Virus record (IMG/VR): IMGVR_UViG_3300030376_000340
Span: 1-33,306 of that record
Reading direction: 5' to 3' (one strand)
DNA: 33,306 bases
Source: a virus
Lineage: Duplodnaviria > Caudoviricetes
Below the pieces are notes generated by a model. It had not been told where the DNA came from, did not search any database, and saw nothing but the letters and a program-made list of their open reading frames with translations. Both the position numbers and the translations under genes were made by a program. This document shows positions 26,370 through 33,306 of this stretch, one piece after another; the first letter of the stretch is position 1; every line of letters starts with the position of its first letter.

Positions 26370-26418
26370 AGTTTACTCCTTTACAAATACAGTCATAATA
26401 TTCATTACATTCACACAT
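26362..26418 (-). CDS. 18-aa Cys micropeptide MCECNEYYDCICKGVNYV
   Basis: Start overlaps the upstream stop (TAATG); paralogous to the 12-aa ORF. Confidence 0.55.
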   Translation of the reverse strand: MCECNEYYDCICKGVNYV

Positions 26419-26786
26419 TAGTTTTCTATCCATTGTTTATTAGTTTCATCCCATGTGTGTGTTTTGCCATCCTCTGTAGGAAATGCTACTGGAGGCTCCC
26501 AATAATATGTTGAAGTATTTAAAGTCCATGAGGGGTAGGGTTGTGGCATATAAAAACCTATGCCATCATAATGATAACCTACACCAGCATAATTTTTTCT
26601 TAATGAAAGTGATTGGTCATCACTAGGTGTGTTTGTGTTTGGTTGATAATGAATACCTCCTCTTGTATTGTAAGAGGTTTGTACCCATTCACCAGGAGTA
26701 GTATCAACATAATTATTAAAAAAATCTGCTTCTGCTACTATAACTTTTTTTACTATTCCTTTGTCTACTTTTGCATAATGTGCCAT
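26418..26786 (-). CDS. Probable tail fibre assembly/chaperone protein
   Basis: 'MAHYAK...WVQTSYN...RKNYAG.GY...PQPYPSW.L....W.PP'; this pattern usually follows Gly-rich fibres. Confidence 0.65.
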   Translation of the reverse strand: MAHYAKVDKGIVKKVIVAEADFFNNYVDTTPGEWVQTSYNTRGGIHYQPNTNTPSDDQSLSLRKNYAGVGYHYDGIGFYMPQPYPSWTLNTSTYYWEPPVAFPTEDGKTHTWDETNKQWIEN

Positions 26787-26795
26787 TTTTTTTTC

Positions 26796-29700
26796 CTATA
26801 TACTTGTCAAATCGTACCTAACGATAACTATACCAGATCCTCCACTAGCTCCGCCTTGTGAACTATTACCAATCGGACCACCGCCACCACCGCCTGTATT
26901 ACCAGAACCACTTTGCGGAGTATCACCGCCACTCACACCAGCAGCAGCACCACGACCACCACCACCAGCACCACCATCGCCAGAGTCAGGTGAGCCACCA
27001 TATCCATTATGACAACCACCACCGCCACCGCCAGCTCTTGTTGTCGCTGAACCATTAATTGAAGATTCAACACCAGTACCGCCATTACCGCCTAAGTGAT
27101 TTCCGCCAGAGTTGCCACCTACTGCACCAGCACCTCCGCCTCCACCACCGCCACCAGTTGTAGCAGATCCACCACCAAAACCTTGACCAGAAGTACCAGA
27201 ACCAGCACCAGCTTGAAAAGCTGCTCCACCTCCAGAACCACCAGAAGCAGCACCAGTACGTTGATAACCACCACCATGACCACCGCCAGTTGATGTAATA
27301 GAATCGAATACAGAATCAGAACCACTTGCTCTATCACCACCACCGCCACCTACAGTGACAGTTTTATCTCCAGTGGATAATGTTAAAACACTTTCAGCAG
27401 ATCCACCACCACCAGAAGTAGCACTAGGCACAGATGTTCTATAACCTCCAGCTCCTCCAGCTCCACCACCAGTTGCATTTTGAGATTGTGAGCCACCACC
27501 ACCTCCAGCAATTACTAAATATTGAAGTGATAAATCTGTAATAGTGTTTGTAAATGTTCCAGATGAAGTAAAGGTATGTACTCTAAAATCACCAGTTGTA
27601 GTAATAGATCCACCAGTTGGTAATCCTAATGCTGTTTTGTTTGAAACATCAGATTCTTGAGCATCTGAATTAGTCACTGATATACTAACAGCTCTGCCAG
27701 CAGTGACATTATTATAAACCGCAGCTGGCACAGCAACTGCACCAGTGTTAGTTGAACTTGATGGGGTTATAGTTAAAGTTGTATTTATTGAATCATCGGC
27801 TTGAACAAATTTTATTATTAAACCAGATGAACCAAAATTTGTACCAGCTAATGTTAAGTTAGAAGCAGCTCCAACTAAAATATTTCCAGTTATTCCAGAT
27901 ATAGTAGGGGATGGTATAAAGGTGTCTGATAAAACAATGAGCCATCCTCTAGTAGATCCAGAATATACTAATTTTAGACCACCATTTTTTGCATCAAAAA
28001 TTTTATTATCAGTAGATCCTTCAATTTTTTCTGATCCATCGGCAGCTATTGTAAGAGCATTAGTATTAAAAGTTCCGTTAAGATCTACTACCTCTATAAA
28101 TGCACCAACACTTCCAGCTGGTAAGGTCATTGTAATAGCACCACCAGAAGTATTAACGAAAAATCCTTGGCTAGCAGCAGCAGTGAAATTAGAAGTTTTT
28201 GCAGTAGATTGCCAAGAAGTTCCAGTAGCTATACTCACAGATCCACCTAAAGAAGTAGATGAGCCATTAATGGTTATTGCAGAGTTAGCTAAAGCTGAGT
28301 TAGGAACACTTGATAATCTAGCATTGGGTAAAGTACCAGTAGAAAGTGAAGAGGCATTTGTGACATCAACAGTAGCAAAAGCTAAATTAGCACTTCCATC
28401 TGTTTTTAAAAATTGTCCTGCAGTACCATCAGCAGTAGGATAATTTAATCCATCTAAAACTACCTTACCACTACCATTTGGAGTGACAGCTATATCTCTA
28501 TTAGAAGTAGATATAATACTATTTGTTTGAACATCTAAATTACCACCTAGTTGTGGTGAAGTATCACCAACAACATCAGTAGAACCAGCTATTGTTAATG
28601 TTTCATTACCACCATCACTATTTTCTGTAAAGGAAATGTTACTTCCAGCTACTAGTTTTCCATTAAGAAATCCAGCAGTTGTATCATTACTTGATACTTT
28701 TACTAAAGTATCTGTGTCAGCAGAAATGGCTACCCAAGCACTACCATTGTAAAATTTCATTACATTGCTTGTAGTATTGTAAAATAAATCACCTTCATCT
28801 AAAGATGATGTTGGATCACTTGATCCGATTCGATATTGGTTAGCAAATGTATTAACGTCTGTAATATTTGAAGCAACAGTACTGACATTAGAATTATTAC
28901 CAGCTACTGTAGTTACATTACTAGATATTCCAGCAACAGTGGTAACATTTGATGATATACCAGCTACTGTATTAATATTTGATGAGTTAGAATTTACAGC
29001 ATTAATGTTAGTTGCATTAGAGTTTACAGCACTAACTGCACTAGAAATTCCAGCAACAGTAGTTATATCGCTAGATATACCAGCAAGAGTATTCATATTA
29101 GTTACATTTGAAGATGTAGCTAAAGTGTTCATATCACTTACAATGTCTGAAGTAGCAAGTGTATTCATGTCAGATACTACATCAGCAGTACCCAGAGTAT
29201 TCATATCTGCAACAACATCAGCAGTTGCTAAAGTATTCATATCAGAAACTATGTCAGCTGTGGCTAGGGTATTCATATCTGATACAACATCAGAAGTACC
29301 TAATAAGTTCATAGCAGTTACAGTTGCAGAACTACCTAAGACATTCATGTCATTAACAACATCAGCAGTTCCTAAGATAGCCATATCTGCTACAGCATCT
29401 GCTGTACCTAATCTACCTATCTCTGTGGCTTTACCAGCAACAGCACCTATATCAGTTGCATCAGCAGCAACAGCATTGATATTAGTTGCATTACCAGCAA
29501 CAGCTGTAACATTAGATGAAATACCACTTACTGTGGTAACATCACTAGCAATGCCAGCAACAGTTGCTACATCTGTAATTGATTGTGAAAACTCTAAAGC
29601 ATTACCAGCACTATTAACTGTAAGTATTTTATTAGCTACTAACTCAGGAAATGTCAGGTTAAATGCAGTTGATGTAGATATTTTAGCTTTTGGAGAAAAT

Positions 29701-30092
29701 AATATATCTCTCTCATTTTGCTGAATCATAGCAATAATTTTGTCTAGTTCAGTATTAAGTGTTTCTATAGGAAATGTACCAGATACAGGAAAATCAGAAG
29801 TTCTAGATACAGCTAAGTTTCTAGATATAGTATATTTATCATTAACAGTAGCTCCACTACCGAGTGTAATAGATCCACCTCCTGATACACCAGCACCAGT
29901 TACGGAGTACTGAGTAGCAGAAGATGGACTTGAAGTAAGGGTAAGAGTTGTATCTGCACCATCAGATGCAGCTGTTTTAATGACTGTTAGATCAGCATCA
30001 GCAAAAAATTCAAACGGAACTGTAAATGCAGTTTGCCCACCAGTAGCTGTATACTGTATTCTAGGCGAAGTATCTGATATTGCTAATGCCAT
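26796..30092 (-). CDS. Tail fibre protein
   Basis: T7 gp17-like N-terminal anchor ('F.VPF.FF...DL.V', 'LN.ELDK'), repeat shaft, Gly-rich C-terminal domain ending 'GGSGIVIVRY'. Confidence 0.9.
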   Translation of the reverse strand: MALAISDTSPRIQYTATGGQTAFTVPFEFFADADLTVIKTAASDGADTTLTLTSSPSSATQYSVTGAGVSGGGSITLGSGATVNDKYTISRNLAVSRTSDFPVSGTFPIETLNTELDKIIAMIQQNERDILFSPKAKISTSTAFNLTFPELVANKILTVNSAGNALEFSQSITDVATVAGIASDVTTVSGISSNVTAVAGNATNINAVAADATDIGAVAGKATEIGRLGTADAVADMAILGTADVVNDMNVLGSSATVTAMNLLGTSDVVSDMNTLATADIVSDMNTLATADVVADMNTLGTADVVSDMNTLATSDIVSDMNTLATSSNVTNMNTLAGISSDITTVAGISSAVSAVNSNATNINAVNSNSSNINTVAGISSNVTTVAGISSNVTTVAGNNSNVSTVASNITDVNTFANQYRIGSSDPTSSLDEGDLFYNTTSNVMKFYNGSAWVAISADTDTLVKVSSNDTTAGFLNGKLVAGSNISFTENSDGGNETLTIAGSTDVVGDTSPQLGGNLDVQTNSIISTSNRDIAVTPNGSGKVVLDGLNYPTADGTAGQFLKTDGSANLAFATVDVTNASSLSTGTLPNARLSSVPNSALANSAITINGSSTSLGGSVSIATGTSWQSTAKTSNFTAAASQGFFVNTSGGAITMTLPAGSVGAFIEVVDLNGTFNTNALTIAADGSEKIEGSTDNKIFDAKNGGLKLVYSGSTRGWLIVLSDTFIPSPTISGITGNILVGAASNLTLAGTNFGSSGLIIKFVQADDSINTTLTITPSSSTNTGAVAVPAAVYNNVTAGRAVSISVTNSDAQESDVSNKTALGLPTGGSITTTGDFRVHTFTSSGTFTNTITDLSLQYLVIAGGGGGSQSQNATGGGAGGAGGYRTSVPSATSGGGGSAESVLTLSTGDKTVTVGGGGGDRASGSDSVFDSITSTGGGHGGGYQRTGAASGGSGGGAAFQAGAGSGTSGQGFGGGSATTGGGGGGGGAGAVGGNSGGNHLGGNGGTGVESSINGSATTRAGGGGGGCHNGYGGSPDSGDGGAGGGGRGAAAGVSGGDTPQSGSGNTGGGGGGPIGNSSQGGASGGSGIVIVRYDLTSI
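28860..29580 (-). repeat. Degenerate coding tandem repeats in the tail fibre (30-bp and 39-bp units); limits approximate
   Basis: 13-aa units SDMNTLATADIV/V flanked by 10-aa units VTTVAGISSN. Confidence 0.85.
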
Positions 30093-30098
30093 TGTTTA

Positions 30099-33000
30099 CT
30101 AATATAGTCCTTTTTCTAGTTTATCAAATAAAAAATCTGCATACCATAAGTTGTTGAAAGGTATTAATCTTCTAATTCTTCTAGCAGTATGATGGTTATG
30201 CCTTCCTCTACCCCAGTCATACATAATTTCACCTACTTCACCTATAGTAGATCCTACAGGAGCTACAGAACCCATCTTTCTTTTCATAGAAGTACCATAT
30301 GGTTTGTTTATACCTAATATAGTTGGTCTAACCCCTACATTGTTATTGGTAAATGCCATTATTAATCTATCAATATCTGTAAACATACCACCAACACCAC
30401 CTCTTTCTGCACCATCTAATATTTTTTCTCTTAAAGTTTTATTACTATAATGTGCATTAGTTTGTTTTGCTCTTATAGCATCTAGTATCATACCTAAAGC
30501 AGTTAATGCAGCTAAACTTTCTAAAAATCTACCATCTTCCATTTGCAATCCTCTATACAAAACCCTTCTTGTATATCCTAATCCAAACTTTTTATATTGA
30601 AATAAAACTGATCCAAGAACAGTACTAGCAAATAATGGTGCATCAGATAATCCTGGTGTAACAATTACATTATCTACTTCTTTATTTATAGCTAATCTAA
30701 ATTTCATAGTTGCATCTGAGTTTTCCCATAAATCAGTATTAGGAAATTTTAATTTGTCATATTCTCTTGCATATACTCCTTTTTCTGTACCTACACCTTG
30801 ACCATATTTTCTATATTCTTTCATAATATCATCTATAAATTTTCTTTTTATAGGTGTATCACTACCTATTCCTAAACCAGCCATATAATTTATTTCCCAT
30901 TGTTTAGCTCTACCTTTTAACATTTTTTCCATAATGTCTAAAAGTTTGCCTTGAATAAAAATGGTTGCTACTGTTTTTATAAAAGCATTCCACGGAGTTT
31001 GTAAGTTTCCATATCTAAATGCAAATGTATTTAACTCTTGAAAAATTTGTTCTGCACCAGTAAAGCTACTTCTTAAAGTATCATTACCAGCTATAATATC
31101 ACTTCTTGCACTACTTATTGACCAGTCTATTGCTTGAAAAGACAACTTAGCTTCTTTGAAACCTTTATCAAATATTGATCTAGCCATTCCACCTGAAAAT
31201 GCTTGTATTAATTTTGTTGATGATGCTATTAATCCATCTACAGTTATAATTCTACCTATGTCAGCTATCTGTGTAAGACCAGTAAGCATCCTAACATTGT
31301 TAAATATTTTTATCATTGTTGCTGTTTTGTAAGCATAACCATTAGGATTATCTGGTAATCCCCATTTATTTTTTACCAAAGATACTGATGCTTCTGCTTT
31401 TTCCATTTCAATATTAAACCTTTTGTTAAATTCTGATCGTTGCAAACCATAATAATTTGCACCTTGTTTTTGTAAATCATCTCCTACTTGCATTAATCCT
31501 GGAGCAAAACCATTTTTACCTCCATCAAAAAACCAACCATATCCATATGGATCACCAAACTTTTCTGTCATAGCTATATCAGGACCTATTGATCTAAAGT
31601 AATAAGACATAGATAATTCTAAATTATCTTCTATAAATCCAGCTTTAAATAAAGGTTTATAATCAATATCTTTTAAGTATCTTGTTTTTAAATGTTTTGA
31701 AAAATAACCTCCTTTTAATTCATATAACATACCAGGTTTAATGTTTTTGTCATAAACTGGTTTAGCATCTGGACTATAATTTTTAAAATTAGGTATAATT
31801 TCTATTATATCATCATCAGTAAATATCCGTCTGCCTTTAGTATCTCTTGCTACAGCCATTTGTCTAGCTAATAAACTTGAAAATTCTTTCCATCTTGTAG
31901 ATATTTGATCCCATCTATAATTTACTGGTACAAAAAAATCATCATCTAATTGTTTTGCTAATTTAATTTCTAAGTCAATTCTTTTAATATATTTATTTGC
32001 ATCTGCTCTTGTCCATTCTTCTTTTGTATTTGGATTTTTCCAAACTTTAGTTTTTGGGTTTGCAAATATTTCTTTTAAAGTAGAAGCAAAATCTTCCATT
32101 TTTATAAGAGGTATAAAAAATAATCCTTGTTGATTTATTTTATCTTTAAATAGTTTAAAATAATTATTACCTACAAATTCTGCATATTCAGCAATTTCTG
32201 GAATATCATGTTTATTTTTCATTAATCTTGCATATGTTGTTTCTTTAAAAACCATTTCTGGAGTAAATACATTTTTTAATTTAAGATTAGAAAAACCTTT
32301 TAGATTAAATATTTTCATTAATCCTGTTCTTTCTTTACCTTGTAGTTTTACTGTAAGTCTTTCTGCTACTTTATATCCTTCATCAATTACTTTTACTAAA
32401 TCTTTTCCGAACATAACATGACGCATACTTTCAACAGTGTCAGGACTATTAATTCCATCCATATTAAATTTATATAATAGTGGACTATTAAATAAATTTA
32501 TAGCAAACATCTTTCCTGTTTTACTTCCTGAATGTATAAAAAAATCTAATGGTGATAATACTTGTGTAGCTTTAGTTAAACCAACTACAAACTTACTTTT
32601 TAAATCATTATTTTTATATGTAATATCTTCCCATTTCATATTTTGAAATAACTCATATTCAAACTTTCCAAAATTATATTGTTCTTGATCTAATACTTTA
32701 GCATCATCTAACATAGTAGAGCCAATTCTTTGAATATCTTTTCTATTATCTACTACTTGTTTATATGCAATTCTATTAATTCTATTTTCATAAGCAGCTT
32801 TAGATTCATTTGGTCTTCTTTTATATGTTTTATGTGCAAACTCATGTCTTAATACAAAATCAACCCATTCATTAATATCTCTAAAGTCTTTCTTTTTAAA
32901 TGGAATTATCTTTTCACCATTAATAGTATTAACTTTAAATGGTCTACCATCTTTCCACATTTGTTTAATACCATCTATATCTAATACCATTTCATCATTA

Positions 33001-33306
33001 TGTTTACTGTAATATGCTGGAACATATTTACCTCCAACTAATTTCCCAGACTTACCACCTATAACTATTTTCATAGTAGGATATTCATTTTGAAAATTTT
33101 TTAATAGGTTGGTAACATTTTTTGGCACATTTGGTTTAGTCGGTGTTTTTATTTTTGGTGGTTCTAGTAATAATACTTTAGTAGAAACACCAGATTCTGT
33201 TCTAGAAATATCAGCTAAATCATCTAAATCTATAATGACACCTCTATCATTAGAAGGATCGTATCTATGTTTATTATATCTTTTATCATATTTACTTAGT
33301 ATAGGA
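30099..33306 (-). CDS. C-terminal part of the large internal virion protein (T7 gp16-like position) with an HEXXH domain
   Basis: Frame is open through the window end and joins 1-833; 'LFQYK.F' and 'RRLIPFNNL.Y' resemble podovirus ejection-protein C-termini; precedes the tail fibre. Confidence 0.8.
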   Translation of the reverse strand, partial: PILSKYDKRYNKHRYDPSNDRGVIIDLDDLADISRTESGVSTKVLLLEPPKIKTPTKPNVPKNVTNLLKNFQNEYPTMKIVIGGKSGKLVGGKYVPAYYSKHNDEMVLDIDGIKQMWKDGRPFKVNTINGEKIIPFKKKDFRDINEWVDFVLRHEFAHKTYKRRPNESKAAYENRINRIAYKQVVDNRKDIQRIGSTMLDDAKVLDQEQYNFGKFEYELFQNMKWEDITYKNNDLKSKFVVGLTKATQVLSPLDFFIHSGSKTGKMFAINLFNSPLLYKFNMDGINSPDTVESMRHVMFGKDLVKVIDEGYKVAERLTVKLQGKERTGLMKIFNLKGFSNLKLKNVFTPEMVFKETTYARLMKNKHDIPEIAEYAEFVGNNYFKLFKDKINQQGLFFIPLIKMEDFASTLKEIFANPKTKVWKNPNTKEEWTRADANKYIKRIDLEIKLAKQLDDDFFVPVNYRWDQISTRWKEFSSLLARQMAVARDTKGRRIFTDDDIIEIIPNFKNYSPDAKPVYDKNIKPGMLYELKGGYFSKHLKTRYLKDIDYKPLFKAGFIEDNLELSMSYYFRSIGPDIAMTEKFGDPYGYGWFFDGGKNGFAPGLMQVGDDLQKQGANYYGLQRSEFNKRFNIEMEKAEASVSLVKNKWGLPDNPNGYAYKTATMIKIFNNVRMLTGLTQIADIGRIITVDGLIASSTKLIQAFSGGMARSIFDKGFKEAKLSFQAIDWSISSARSDIIAGNDTLRSSFTGAEQIFQELNTFAFRYGNLQTPWNAFIKTVATIFIQGKLLDIMEKMLKGRAKQWEINYMAGLGIGSDTPIKRKFIDDIMKEYRKYGQGVGTEKGVYAREYDKLKFPNTDLWENSDATMKFRLAINKEVDNVIVTPGLSDAPLFASTVLGSVLFQYKKFGLGYTRRVLYRGLQMEDGRFLESLAALTALGMILDAIRAKQTNAHYSNKTLREKILDGAERGGVGGMFTDIDRLIMAFTNNNVGVRPTILGINKPYGTSMKRKMGSVAPVGSTIGEVGEIMYDWGRGRHNHHTARRIRRLIPFNNLWYADFLFDKLEKGLY
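33082..33306. repeat. Terminal direct repeat / circular assembly overlap (copy 2)
   Basis: 221/225 identical to 1-225. Confidence 0.97.

Noticed and set aside
28860-29580. CRISPR-like array
   Set aside because: Repeats are contiguous, degenerate at third codon positions and in frame within the fibre gene
26613-29724. Plus-strand ORFs including the His-rich 26858-27058 and the 261-aa 28939-29724
   Set aside because: Shadows of the Gly-rich and repetitive tail fibre codons
26796-30092. Diversity-generating retroelement, suggested by the BPP-1-like virion module
   Set aside because: No reverse transcriptase and no template/variable repeat pair seen
1-33306. Stop-codon recoding or programmed frameshifts
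   Set aside because: All major genes are intact in the standard bacterial code and stops overlap downstream starts; no evidence seen

Overview
Apparently complete, circularly assembled (~33,081 bp unit) low-GC podovirus genome with a BPP-1/HTVC010P-like virion module, probably infecting a streamlined marine bacterium (host is inference). Bases 1-225 repeat 33082-33306 with 4 substitutions, and a ~1271-aa internal virion gene reads in frame across that junction. The minus strand holds a late unit: TerS, a cluster of tiny basic proteins, TerL, portal, scaffold, capsid, tail tube A/B, three internal virion proteins, tail fibre, two Cys micro-ORFs, lysis genes, a metallophosphoesterase and an HNH-like nuclease. 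The plus strand (16893-23362) holds small early genes, a DUF932-like protein, a DUF3310-like protein, a YqaJ-type exonuclease, a Rad52-like annealase and SSB. I recognised no polymerase, primase, helicase or integrase. The most interesting signals are: (1) a ~430-nt ORF-free, highly base-paired candidate ncRNA after ssb; (2) a ~190-nt structured leader with alternative pairings before the first early gene; (3) a hairpin whose loop is 11-nt complementary to the RBS of each of the first two early genes; (4) tandem translationally coupled 4-Cys micropeptides at the entrance to the lysis region; (5) an array of ultra-basic microproteins between the terminase genes. All family assignments come from recalled motifs, not database searches.
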